IMG/VR virus record: IMGVR_UViG_3300013426_000032
Origin: an uncultured virus (IMG/VR IMGVR_UViG_3300013426_000032)
Taxonomy: Duplodnaviria > Heunggongvirae > Uroviricota > Caudoviricetes
DNA length: 64,000 nucleotides
Reading direction: 5' to 3' (one strand)
Part shown: positions 29,617 to 39,370 of the stretch, piece after piece
How the letters are laid out: every line of letters begins with the position of its first letter
Numbering within the stretch: position 1 is the first letter of the stretch
Made by a program: the position numbers and the translations under genes
The notes under the pieces: generated by a model
The model's database searches: none
Seen by the model: only the letters and a program-made list of their open reading frames with translations
What the model was told of the DNA's origin: nothing

Positions 29617-32600
29617 TTATTTTTTACCTTCATACATATCTTTTAATTGTCTACTTAATTCAATCAATAATTTATTACCCATCAACATATATTGACAACT
29701 AACAATACCTCTGGCTATTATTGAGTTACAACTTAAAACTGCTCCTATTTTTTCTTCAGGTCTAAATAAAGTATATGCTTCTTGACCTTCTGGTATAACA
29801 TTAGTTATTATTGTTTTAAGTGCACTGAAATAAACTATTTTATCACCAGGACCTAATTCGTCATGTATTCTAATATAGAATTCTATCAAAACACCATCGT
29901 TTAATGCAACACCTTTAAATTTACCATCATTTGATGTCTTAACAGTACTAGCACTTTCATTAAATAACATATTACATTTAACTAAAGGATTGCCTGATTT
30001 GTCATGTTTATCTAATATTTTTTTACGTTCCTTGATTTTAGTATAATGTTTATTTACTATTTTTCTTAATGAAGGAGATAGATCTGATAAATCTACAGAT
30101 GAATATATTTTTATATCTTCTATAACTCCAGTATATTTAGACTTAACTTTTTCTTTACTATTCATCATTATATCTTCTTTCATATCTTCCCCAACATTAG
30201 CTAGTAAAGTATTTAAAGAATCTTCATCAAAAGATTGTTCAAATCTTATTAATTCTTCCCCAGATTGTATTTCATCACCTATTTTTACCATATAATCAAC
30301 ATTAGTATTTGGTCCTAATACAACTTGTTTTTGCATTACTATTTCTGAAGCCATATCTCTAGAAACTTTTTTTGTTACATATGTTGAATCCTCAAATGTT
30401 GATGCTGAAGAAAGTAGTGCTACCTTTTCTAATGGACCTATATTAAATTGATTACCAAAATGATTACTATTACTAAAGAAATCTCTATCTTGTGCTAATA
30501 TATCATTCTTTTTAAAAGTATCCCCATTTTTATAATTAGGTATCATTTTTTTACTTAAATAAAAACCACCTGCTCCGTTCTTAGCTATTCTATTATTTAT
30601 TGAAATAGCATCAGATTGACCATTTTTATATTCTACTATCATAAGACCATTTTTTTCATCAAATTCTACAACTTTACCATCTTCTTTTGCAACAAAACAC
30701 CAGTCCTTAGATAAATGATATTGTATTGCTTTATCTGAACCATTTGTTATTAATGCTGGAGCTCCATTTACAACAGGAGTTAAATGGGTAGATTGTTTTG
30801 TAGACATAGCAGTTCTCATAGCATCATCTCTTTGAGCCCCTCCAGTAGTTAACATTTCAGCTGGACCAAATAGATTAACATCATTATATTCATCTATTCT
30901 ACCATCCATTGCTTTATTATCAACAAATCCTCTTACATCAGTAATTGGAGGTTCCATAGTTAAAACTCTTTGAACTCCAACATTAGCATCTGGTGAAGAA
31001 CTTATAGTAAACACTCCTGTCATTGATTTATGAAACGAACGTTGTTTCTTTGTATAAGCTTCAGTTAAGTTACATCCTGATGGTCCTTTTTTAGTAGCAC
31101 CATGTAATTTTTGCATTTCTACAACTGGATTAAGTTCACTATAATCTTCAACTATAGTTTGTGATAATATATCTTTAATAAGGGCATCTTTTCTTATAGT
31201 TATTTTCTTAGGATTTCTATGATTTGCCGTAGCTTTATATTGTTCATATGATGAAGATAATAATTTATATAATCTAGCAGGTATAAGTTCAGCAGATCTA
31301 AATCTAAATGAACGTATATCTAATTCGGTTCTAAATTGATTATCAACTAATAATTCATTAGCATATAATACTAAACCTGTTAAATCTGTAGGCAATGATA
31401 ATTTTTTTAATACTTCTAATGTTATAGGATCAACAAAGTTATCAAAAAAGTTTCCAAAAGCATTAGCTATATTTCTTCTACCATATATAGATTCAAATAT
31501 ATCCTGATATGTTAATTGGTCACTAAAATCGTCAAAAGTATAATTTTTAGTTGGTATTTCAAGTAAACCGTTTAATAATAATGAATCCTTAAATGGTCTA
31601 TTACTAAATATCAAGTATCCATCACTAAATTCAATAATAGTTTCGTCTAATCCTATTCTAGGTCTAGTATCTGAAAAATAATAGTTTGCTCCTATCATAT
31701 TTAAAATTTTAGCTAAACCATTTTTATATGCAAGTAATACTATTGTTGGTACATATTTATTCATTATTTTTACTCTAGTATACATATATTTTTTACCTGC
31801 AGATTGATTAGATAATTCTTCTTTTAATTTAGGAGATTTATTTAACATAAAATCTACTAATGATAATTTAGTATCAGTTTCTTTAGTAAAATCTGTTTGA
31901 AAAACAGTATTTGTATCAAAGTTGATGTAATAAAATAAACGTTTATTATTTTTTCCTATAGGTAATATTTTACTATCAACCAATTTTTCATATTTATCTA
32001 ATTTATTTTTAGGAACTGCATCTAAAAACATTTTACGTATTTCAGTTTGATTAAAATATAGAGTATCTGTTCCTAAATTTACTTCCTTAAAACTCTTTGA
32101 TAAATCGTCATAATCTAATATTGTAAGATATTTTTCATTTTCTTTATCATATTTACCATTTATAACTCTAACACCACTACCAGGTGAATTTAATGCTTTT
32201 TTAAGCTTTTCATTTAAAGAAGATACTTTAGAACCATATCTATATACAAATAATTTATTATAATTTGATACTAATTGTACAGTATCACCAGATACTTTGA
32301 CAACAGGCATCATCAATTGTTGATTATTTATATATTTTTTATTTCCACCTATCCATAAAAATCTATTATCTATGAATTTAGGAACATCAAATACTAAATG
32401 GTGTCTAACTCTAAGACTATCTTCTAAATCAACTGTCCATGTTTCTTTATAATTATTTATATCTGATGAATCTTCTACTTTTATATTTCGAATATAAATT
32501 TTTAAATCTTCCTTATCAGATAAACATTTTACTGCACTAAGAACATCTTTTTGCATAACTTCTTCAATATAGGTTTTATTTATATTAGGAAATCTAACTT

Positions 32601-33813
32601 CAGTAACATTTTTATTTATGGTATCTATTTTATCACTAACATCATTTGTTTTAATTTCTACTTTTTCTGTATCAGTAGATAAAATATCCCCTAAAGTCTT
32701 TCCTTGTATTTCTAATTCTAATTCTTTTTCTCGTAATAATTCATCTCTTTTAGATGATGCTGATGATTTCATGGCTTTATTTTTCTTTTCTTTAGCTATT
32801 TCTTTTAATATTTCCTTATTAGTATCAATTATAGCCTCAACATCATTAGCATCTTCTTTATTTATTTCCTTATTATTACTTTTTTCCATATTTTCTACAG
32901 CTTTTTGAACAGCATCAGTAACTTTTGCTTTTACATTATCTGGAACTTCTCCTGTAACTCCACTATATTTACCTAATATAGTATCTGCTATAGAAATTGT
33001 TTTCATATTCATATCATATATACGTTCAGCATCACTAATGTCATCATCACTCATAGGTTTATTTATTAATTTAAACACTTCTCTTTTAAATTCAGAAGCA
33101 ACCATATTACCTGCATTAGGTTTAAATCCTTTATTTCTAAAACATTCAGGACCATTTACTCTTAAAGACATACCATTATTAGTTACTAATATAATATCTA
33201 AATCCTCTAATCCCACGAATTCTTTAAAATTATATTTTATTAACTCATATAATAAAGTAATTGGATTGAATTCTTTACTTTTTCTCCTCATAGTAGGTAT
33301 TATGCTATTTTTATATTCATCTACATTTATAATCATAGTTTTGTTAGGATAATATCTAAAATATTTATTAATTATATTATGAATATTCCCCCAATAAATA
33401 GAAGGTTTCTTAGATATAGGGACATTATCAGAATGCATTTTATATATATTATTTATATTATTTAAATAATATATTGTATTTTTATAAAAACTATTTGATA
33501 ATGATCTAGTATCTAATATTTTAATGCCTGGCATTTCATCTTTTAATTTTTCAAAATCTTTCTTAGAATAATTATATACGTTCTTTCTAACAGTTTTTTT
33601 ATCAACTTTAATTTCTATTAATCTATCAGTTAATACATATTTAAATTGATTTGCCGTTTTAATTTGTATAGGTCCCAATTTAGATTTAACATTTGATATT
33701 TGATTTGTATTTATAAATAAAACTGAACCTTCTTTTGGTTCTTCCGTTTTATATTTAAGAATACTTTTAACTCGCATACATTTCATTAATCTCAATTGAT
33801 TAGTTTGTATCAT
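29617..33813 (-). CDS. Phage multisubunit RNA polymerase beta-like subunit (likely virion RNAP)
   Basis: FDVPKFID, KGPSGCN, SSSPDANVG, DDAMRTAMSTKQ, FEDS, GDKI..ALKTII motifs of the beta subunit; late promoter upstream. Confidence 0.9.
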   Translation of the reverse strand: MIQTNQLRLMKCMRVKSILKYKTEEPKEGSVLFINTNQISNVKSKLGPIQIKTANQFKYVLTDRLIEIKVDKKTVRKNVYNYSKKDFEKLKDEMPGIKILDTRSLSNSFYKNTIYYLNNINNIYKMHSDNVPISKKPSIYWGNIHNIINKYFRYYPNKTMIINVDEYKNSIIPTMRRKSKEFNPITLLYELIKYNFKEFVGLEDLDIILVTNNGMSLRVNGPECFRNKGFKPNAGNMVASEFKREVFKLINKPMSDDDISDAERIYDMNMKTISIADTILGKYSGVTGEVPDNVKAKVTDAVQKAVENMEKSNNKEINKEDANDVEAIIDTNKEILKEIAKEKKNKAMKSSASSKRDELLREKELELEIQGKTLGDILSTDTEKVEIKTNDVSDKIDTINKNVTEVRFPNINKTYIEEVMQKDVLSAVKCLSDKEDLKIYIRNIKVEDSSDINNYKETWTVDLEDSLRVRHHLVFDVPKFIDNRFLWIGGNKKYINNQQLMMPVVKVSGDTVQLVSNYNKLFVYRYGSKVSSLNEKLKKALNSPGSGVRVINGKYDKENEKYLTILDYDDLSKSFKEVNLGTDTLYFNQTEIRKMFLDAVPKNKLDKYEKLVDSKILPIGKNNKRLFYYINFDTNTVFQTDFTKETDTKLSLVDFMLNKSPKLKEELSNQSAGKKYMYTRVKIMNKYVPTIVLLAYKNGLAKILNMIGANYYFSDTRPRIGLDETIIEFSDGYLIFSNRPFKDSLLLNGLLEIPTKNYTFDDFSDQLTYQDIFESIYGRRNIANAFGNFFDNFVDPITLEVLKKLSLPTDLTGLVLYANELLVDNQFRTELDIRSFRFRSAELIPARLYKLLSSSYEQYKATANHRNPKKITIRKDALIKDILSQTIVEDYSELNPVVEMQKLHGATKKGPSGCNLTEAYTKKQRSFHKSMTGVFTISSSPDANVGVQRVLTMEPPITDVRGFVDNKAMDGRIDEYNDVNLFGPAEMLTTGGAQRDDAMRTAMSTKQSTHLTPVVNGAPALITNGSDKAIQYHLSKDWCFVAKEDGKVVEFDEKNGLMIVEYKNGQSDAISINNRIAKNGAGGFYLSKKMIPNYKNGDTFKKNDILAQDRDFFSNSNHFGNQFNIGPLEKVALLSSASTFEDSTYVTKKVSRDMASEIVMQKQVVLGPNTNVDYMVKIGDEIQSGEELIRFEQSFDEDSLNTLLANVGEDMKEDIMMNSKEKVKSKYTGVIEDIKIYSSVDLSDLSPSLRKIVNKHYTKIKERKKILDKHDKSGNPLVKCNMLFNESASTVKTSNDGKFKGVALNDGVLIEFYIRIHDELGPGDKIVYFSALKTIITNVIPEGQEAYTLFRPEEKIGAVLSCNSIIARGIVSCQYMLMGNKLLIELSRQLKDMYEGKK

Positions 33814-33847
33814 AATATTAACTCCTTTCTTTATATTATATAACCAT

Positions 33848-33859
33848 TAAAATTTTGTT
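33848..33859 (-). promoter_or_regulatory. Putative late promoter of RNAP beta gene
   Basis: Minus strand AACA-AAATTT-TA. Confidence 0.65.
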
Positions 33860-33888
33860 TAATTGTATAACTTACAAACGACGAACCG

Positions 33889-33987
33889 AAAGGTCATATG
33901 GTCCACCACAACCATATGACCTTTTACTAATATTATGAATAGTTAAATTCATTAAAAAGAGGTAATATTTATTTATTTTCCGTTCTT
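33889..33987 (-). ncRNA. Candidate late small RNA or attenuator leader (~100 nt) with anti-SD sequence
   Basis: Minus-strand AACA-ATATAG-TA at 33987-33998; contains AAUAUUACCUC; ends in a 14-bp hairpin at 33889-33924; no ORF. Confidence 0.45.
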
Positions 33988-34102
33988 ACTATATTGTTAT
34001 AAAAAATATTTTTTAATTGGATTATATTAAATGTAAATTTCGATAACATTCCTTATTGATATGTATTGAGTAAAATTAAAAAATAATTCATAAAATTTAA
34101 TA

Positions 34103-34242
34103 CTTACAAACAACTCCGTAAGGAGAAGAAGGAAGTGAGGACGAAATATAAAAATGAAGTCCGAACGATAAAAGAGTTGTTAAATATAAAATAAAGTAAG
34201 GAAAGGAAGGTATGTTCATTAGCATTATAGCTAATGAACTTT
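34103..34242 (+). other. Purine-rich structured non-coding element ending in hairpin/terminator (34214-34242)
   Basis: aacaactc/gagttgtt outer stem; AGTGAG-GAC...GTC-CGAACGA tandem-GA stem; gttcattagc/gctaatgaac hairpin plus TTT. Confidence 0.45.
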
Positions 34243-34273
34243 GTAAAACTTTATAATTTCAATTATATATTAT
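34243..34273 (+). promoter_or_regulatory. Putative early promoter
   Basis: GTAAAA-ctttataatttc-AATTATATATTAT. Confidence 0.7.
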
Positions 34274-34310
34274 ATAATAGAATACAAAATAATAAAATGG
34301 AGGGATATTT

Positions 34311-34472
34311 ATGAATAATAACAAAATAAATGGAAAGGAATATAAATTAATAGTAAATGATTACTTTACTCATGTAGAGGTAACAGATGAAAAAGGAAAT
34401 AAATCAATAATATCATTTGCAGAATTTAAAGAAATATTAAATAATATTAATAAGAAAAAAATGTTTAGATAG
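34311..34472 (+). CDS. Small hypothetical protein (53 aa; not in ORF track)
   Basis: RBS ggaggg; MNNNKINGKEYKLIVNDYFTHVEVTDEKGNKSIISFAEFKEILNNINKKKMFR; first gene after early promoter. Confidence 0.7.
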   Translation: MNNNKINGKEYKLIVNDYFTHVEVTDEKGNKSIISFAEFKEILNNINKKKMFR

Positions 34473-34482
34473 GAGGAATAAA

Positions 34483-34977
34483 ATGAAAATATTTAATATT
34501 AAAAATGTTAGAAAATATAAAGATGAAAATTTATATTTAGAACAATTTGAAGAAAAAGAACTTAAAAAATGTATGATAATAAATAAAGATTTAAGAAAAA
34601 AATATTATATCTATTATAAAAAAGATAGTATGATTATACCTTTAAGAGGTAACTTAACAAACTATCAATTAAAAATGTTAATAAGACATTCTTTATTAAG
34701 ATCATACCATATGTTTATTGTCATAGATAAAGAAAGTAAAGAAGAACATAGATGGGTATATGATAATTATAATAAATTTCCTGTATTTCCTAAAGAAAGA
34801 ATAGATTTATCATTAAATGAGGAATTAATATATCAAATAGATAGAGAAATGAATAATGTAAAACAAAAAAGAAAAGATAATCCTAAAATAGTAGATTTAG
34901 ATATAGCTTCATATTTTTATAAATATAAGAAAGGAGATAATCATGAGCAAACAATACCTATGTTTAAATACAAATAA
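34483..34977 (+). CDS. Hypothetical protein
   Basis: 164 aa, RBS aggagga. Confidence 0.7.
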   Translation: MKIFNIKNVRKYKDENLYLEQFEEKELKKCMIINKDLRKKYYIYYKKDSMIIPLRGNLTNYQLKMLIRHSLLRSYHMFIVIDKESKEEHRWVYDNYNKFPVFPKERIDLSLNEELIYQIDREMNNVKQKRKDNPKIVDLDIASYFYKYKKGDNHEQTIPMFKYK

Positions 34978-35419
34978 TATGGTATTATGTAAAGGAAATA
35001 TAGAAATGATCAAATCTTATTTAACACAATTAGATTTAGATTATATTGATTTTTATTATGTTCCTATAATTGATAATAATGAAATATTTACTGATTTTAA
35101 TATTATAAAAATGAGAGATATAGATTTATATCTATTGGAAGGTCAATATCAAATAATTAAATCAGAATTAAAAGAAGAAAAATACCCATTAGAATATATG
35201 ACAAAAAAATTACAAGAAAATATAAATTCCAACATATTTTCTGAAAAATCTAAAGACATAATGAAAAATATAATAAAAGAGTTAGATATTATAAAATCAG
35301 AACATTCAGAGTATTTAAAAGGTTATTTTAATATAGATAAAACATCATTAGTTAATTTAACATTAGCTATATATGATGATAGAGATAAATCAAATTTACC
35401 AAATGAAGTCTGGTTTTAA
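34943..35419 (+). CDS. Hypothetical protein (possible distant paralog of 40070..40555)
   Basis: 158 aa, RBS aaggag. Confidence 0.65.
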   Translation: MSKQYLCLNTNNMVLCKGNIEMIKSYLTQLDLDYIDFYYVPIIDNNEIFTDFNIIKMRDIDLYLLEGQYQIIKSELKEEKYPLEYMTKKLQENINSNIFSEKSKDIMKNIIKELDIIKSEHSEYLKGYFNIDKTSLVNLTLAIYDDRDKSNLPNEVWF

Positions 35420-35439
35420 AACCAGACTTCAAATTTTTT
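35404..35439 (+). terminator. Perfect 28-bp palindrome plus T-run overlapping stop codon
   Basis: tgaagtctggtttt|aaaaccagacttca then tttttt. Confidence 0.6.
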
Positions 35440-35455
35440 ATTGGAGGTATAAAAT

Positions 35456-36067
35456 ATGAGATTATTTTTTGATTTTGAATTTACAGGTTTACACAGAGGA
35501 ACTACACCTATATCTTTAGGAATAGTAGCTGATAATTTTTATTTTTTCTATGCAGAATTTACAGATTATGATAGAGAACAAATAGAAAAAGAAAAAGATG
35601 GAGGTAAATTCATTAAAGAAAATGTTTTAGCTAATCTAGTATTAGCAGAACAAGAATTAGGTGAAAATGATTTTGCATTATTTAAAAAATATAATAAACC
35701 TGCATTTATGAAAGTAAGAGGTACAAAAGACTTTATATCAGAAAAATTAAAAGAATGGATAGATGGTTTAGATAGTGATCATATTGAAATGTGGGGAGAT
35801 TGTTTACATTATGATTGGATATTATTTTTAGATTTATTCGGTTATAGTGCATTTGATTTACCAAAAAAAATATTCTATATACCTTTCGATATATGTACTT
35901 TATTTAAAGCAAAAGGTATAGATCCAGATATCTGTAGAGAAGAATTTGCTAAAGAATTGTTATCTTGTTTTACTAAACAAGATGGTAGTAAAATGTCAAC
36001 TAAACACAATGCATTACATGATGCTGATGTTATTATGTATTCATATCAAACATTAATGCAGAGTTAA
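35456..36067 (+). CDS. DEDDh 3'-5' exo(ribo)nuclease, Rv2179c/RNase AS-like
   Basis: FFDFEFTGL (ExoI), YDW (ExoII), HNALHDA (ExoIII). Confidence 0.85.
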   Translation: MRLFFDFEFTGLHRGTTPISLGIVADNFYFFYAEFTDYDREQIEKEKDGGKFIKENVLANLVLAEQELGENDFALFKKYNKPAFMKVRGTKDFISEKLKEWIDGLDSDHIEMWGDCLHYDWILFLDLFGYSAFDLPKKIFYIPFDICTLFKAKGIDPDICREEFAKELLSCFTKQDGSKMSTKHNALHDADVIMYSYQTLMQS

Positions 36068-36072
36068 TAAAT

Positions 36073-36125
36073 AAAAGTCTATGGATTATTAAATGTAATC
36101 CATAGACTTTTTAATTACATATTAT
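36073..36125 (+). promoter_or_regulatory. Terminator hairpin (36073-36111) overlapping putative early promoter (36095-36125)
   Basis: aaaagtctatggatta/taatccatagactttt; GTAATC-catagacttttt-AATTACATATTAT. Confidence 0.7.
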
Positions 36126-36149
36126 ACTATTGAAGGAGAGTGATATAAA

Positions 36150-36503
36150 ATGATAAGAATAGTTAGAAGATATTACTATGATGAAACTTTAGGCGATGCG
36201 GTATTTAAATCAGATAATAAATATGAATCAACTATAATAAAAGATAAAATGGCTGATATAATAGAGTCATGTGATAAAGATATTTTATCATATATGTCAA
36301 TGAAAGGTACTGATTACAATAATAAAGAATTAAGAGCAGGTATTAATAGAATATTAAAAGACTATACGAATAAATTGAATGAAGAAATTGAAAAAAGAGT
36401 ATGTAATTTCGAAAATCTATATATATTATTAATATATGATTTTAAAATTAAAAATTGTAAAATTAAAATGATGTATATAGATAAAAACACAATATTGCAT
36501 TAA
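36150..36503 (+). CDS. Hypothetical protein
   Basis: 117 aa, RBS aaggag. Confidence 0.7.
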   Translation: MIRIVRRYYYDETLGDAVFKSDNKYESTIIKDKMADIIESCDKDILSYMSMKGTDYNNKELRAGINRILKDYTNKLNEEIEKRVCNFENLYILLIYDFKIKNCKIKMMYIDKNTILH

Positions 36504-36514
36504 GAGGTGATATT

Positions 36515-37201
36515 ATGGGTATTATGAAATTTATATTAAAAACAGCTAATTCTATACCTAAAAATAAAACATTAATGCAGGTTCTTAAGTTCATATCTCA
36601 AGCAACATTGATGTATATGGGTAAGAAAATAGCATTAACTCCACATCATATTGATAGATATGATAGTAAAAATGTTATCTATCAATATAATAAAAATAAT
36701 AAAGAAATAAATCCTATTTTAGCAGAAGAAATATTTTCATTACACAATATAGTAGATTTTATAGTAAAATATAACAATAAAAACAATATAGAAACAACTA
36801 ATAAAGATATTGTGGATTTTATTGTTAGTATATCAAAAATAGTAGATCCTAATAGAAATTGTAAGGATTTAATAAATGGTTATTTTAATAATAATATGAT
36901 GAAAATATTTAATGAAGATGTTAAAAAAACATCTTCATTAATAGATACAGAAGAAATAAACGAAGGAAAATTATATGTTCCTGATAAAGAATTAAAATTG
37001 TCAACTAATGAAGCATCTTTTATAAAAGATAATAAAAATGAATATCTAGAAAACAGATTAGACATAAATGATAATGATACTGAAGCACTTAAAAAAATAA
37101 TTATAGATTATCATAAGAAGAATAAAACAAAAGAAGTTATTGATTATTTTAATAAAAAATTAGAAGGAGGTAATTCATATGGAACTAAGTATACAATGTA
37201 A
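36515..37201 (+). CDS. Hypothetical protein
   Basis: 228 aa, RBS gaggtga. Confidence 0.7.
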   Translation: MGIMKFILKTANSIPKNKTLMQVLKFISQATLMYMGKKIALTPHHIDRYDSKNVIYQYNKNNKEINPILAEEIFSLHNIVDFIVKYNNKNNIETTNKDIVDFIVSISKIVDPNRNCKDLINGYFNNNMMKIFNEDVKKTSSLIDTEEINEGKLYVPDKELKLSTNEASFIKDNKNEYLENRLDINDNDTEALKKIIIDYHKKNKTKEVIDYFNKKLEGGNSYGTKYTM

Positions 37202-37328
37202 TCATTGTGGAATGTTTTCTACAATGGAAATAATAAGTCTTAATTACAATGCTCCAGATTGTTATTGTTTAATAACATATAGATGTCCAGAATGTGGTTT
37301 TCAAGGACAATATAAATTAATGTCTTAG
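37179..37328 (+). CDS. Small zinc-ribbon protein (49 aa; not in ORF track)
   Basis: RBS aaggaggt; MELSIQCNHCG...YRCPECGFQGQYKLMS (CxxC...CxxC). Confidence 0.75.
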   Translation: MELSIQCNHCGMFSTMEIISLNYNAPDCYCLITYRCPECGFQGQYKLMS

Positions 37329-37337
37329 GAGGTTATT

Positions 37338-37730
37338 ATGAACAAAATATTGGATTATATTACTAGAGGAGAATGGAATTGTGGAATAGAAGAATCTCTA
37401 TATAAGAGATTCTTTAGAATTTACAGATTACAAGCAATTGCAATGCCTGATAGTAGAATGGAAGATATTTATAATGCAGTTTATGTACCTTTCATTATAG
37501 AATCAGGAAAAAGTATGATAGGTATAGTGAATTTATTTAATTCATTACCTGATGCTATAACATTATATTATAGTAAAAAAAGACATGATTATTTAATACA
37601 GAATAAACTTAAAATAAAAAAACATCAAATTGATAATATAGATATAATAGATATATTAATAAATGATAAATTTTTATGTATTTATATGTCAAATAAAATA
37701 TTACTAATGCCGAAATTAGATATAATATAA
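37338..37730 (+). CDS. Hypothetical protein
   Basis: 130 aa, RBS aggaggt. Confidence 0.7.
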   Translation: MNKILDYITRGEWNCGIEESLYKRFFRIYRLQAIAMPDSRMEDIYNAVYVPFIIESGKSMIGIVNLFNSLPDAITLYYSKKRHDYLIQNKLKIKKHQIDNIDIIDILINDKFLCIYMSNKILLMPKLDII

Positions 37731-37747
37731 TATATAGGGGTGATAAT

Positions 37748-38212
37748 ATGAAAGTTGCTATAAACACTTTACCAGGTGGAATGTTTGATTTATCAGATAA
37801 AGCAGCTATCGAATTATTTAAACTTAATAATGAAAGAAAAAGAGTGTATGTTTATATAAGAGCTAATAATAAACAGTTTATAAATATTAGTGAAGAAAAT
37901 TTAAAATATGACCAATTTAATAATATAACTAACTTAGGAGGAGATGTTAGAGATATCTGGTTATCTGAAATCTATTTAGGAATGATAACTATAAATAGTC
38001 GATTAGACTTAGCTTCAGCAGAAGCAACGCAACTAACATCATTTGTAGATAGTATTGATAGGGATAATAAATATTTGATAAAAATATTAGAAGAATGGGG
38101 TACTGATAAAGTATCGGGTAATCATTCTTATATTAGAATTGAAGAAACAACAAATGAAAATTGGGTTATACAAGAAAATGTTGATGGTATAGAAAATATA
38201 ATATATTATTAG
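37748..38212 (+). CDS. Conserved phage hypothetical protein; paralog of 27312..27800
   Basis: MKVAIN..GG.F.LS, IDRDNKYLIKILEEWG, W.I.E..DG.E.I. Confidence 0.75.
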   Translation: MKVAINTLPGGMFDLSDKAAIELFKLNNERKRVYVYIRANNKQFINISEENLKYDQFNNITNLGGDVRDIWLSEIYLGMITINSRLDLASAEATQLTSFVDSIDRDNKYLIKILEEWGTDKVSGNHSYIRIEETTNENWVIQENVDGIENIIYY

Positions 38213-38224
38213 GGGGTAAAATTT

Positions 38225-39346
38225 ATGGATAATAAAAAAATGATTTTAGGTTTAGGTTTAGGAGCAGCAACAGTAATGAGTTTATCAAATATAGATAAAG
38301 TAGATGCAGCTAGTTTAACAACTACTGCAAATTTAAATATGAGAAGTGGTCCATCAGTTACTAATAGTAAAGTTGGATATATACCTAAAGGAAAATCTAT
38401 TCAATATATTTCAGCATCAAATGGTTGGTATAAAGTAAAATATAATAATACAACAGGATGGGTATTAGGAACTTATGTTAAATGGGGAGGAGTCAATACA
38501 AATAACAATAATAATAGCTCTGTTAAAAATACAAAAACGATAACTATAAAAGAAAATTTAAATATGAGAAGTGGAGCATCTACAAGTTATAGTAAAGTTT
38601 GTTTAATACCTAAAGGAACAGTAGTGACTTCTACAGAACAATCAAATGGTTGGTATAAAGTAAAATATAAAGGATTAATAGGTTGGGTTCTTGGTCAGTA
38701 TGTAACTATAGGATATTCTAATAATAATAATAACACTTCAACTTATAGTATAAAATACACTACTTCTAATTTAAACATGAGAAGTGGAGCATCTACAAGT
38801 TATAGTAAAATATGTTCAATTCCTCAAGGAACTCAAGTAACTTGTATATCATCATCTAATGGCTGGTATCAAGTAAAATATAAAAATTTAACAGGTTGGG
38901 TATCAGGACAATATTTGAGTACAACAAAAACTTCAAATAATACTAAGACAACAGTAACAAAAATAATAATTAGTAAATCACAAACAACTTTAAAAGCATA
39001 TGATAATAAAGGTAATCTTGTTTTAAGTACTCGTTGTGCTGTAGGTAAAAAATCTACTCCTACTCCAACAGGAACTTTTAAGATAGTTAAAAAGATATAT
39101 CATAGACCATATTATAAAGATGGTATTGCAGGAGGTGATCCAAGAAATCCTTTAGGTCCTTGCTGGATGGGATTAAATCTTGGTAAAGGAAGTGGCTATG
39201 GTGAAACATATGGTATTCATGGTAATAACAATAAATACTCTATAGGATCAGCTGTTTCTGGAGGTTGTATAAGATTGGATAATTCAGTTGTAACTCAATT
39301 ATATAATATGTGTATTATAGGTACAACTGTTATTATATATAATTAA
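38225..39346 (+). CDS. Secreted L,D-transpeptidase (YkuD domain) with three SH3b domains
   Basis: Signal-peptide-like N-terminus (..VDA|A); 3x LNMRSG...SNGWYxVKY..xGWV; TPTPTGTF, NPLG..WMGL, YGIHG...IGSAVSGGCIRL. Confidence 0.9.
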   Translation: MDNKKMILGLGLGAATVMSLSNIDKVDAASLTTTANLNMRSGPSVTNSKVGYIPKGKSIQYISASNGWYKVKYNNTTGWVLGTYVKWGGVNTNNNNNSSVKNTKTITIKENLNMRSGASTSYSKVCLIPKGTVVTSTEQSNGWYKVKYKGLIGWVLGQYVTIGYSNNNNNTSTYSIKYTTSNLNMRSGASTSYSKICSIPQGTQVTCISSSNGWYQVKYKNLTGWVSGQYLSTTKTSNNTKTTVTKIIISKSQTTLKAYDNKGNLVLSTRCAVGKKSTPTPTGTFKIVKKIYHRPYYKDGIAGGDPRNPLGPCWMGLNLGKGSGYGETYGIHGNNNKYSIGSAVSGGCIRLDNSVVTQLYNMCIIGTTVIIYN

Positions 39347-39370
39347 TATTTATATGATGGGGGTAAAGAT

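Noticed and set aside
34134..34165. Hammerhead ribozyme (GTGAGGACGAAA ... GTCC)
   Set aside because: No CUGANGA core and no room for stems I and III between GAAA and GTCC.
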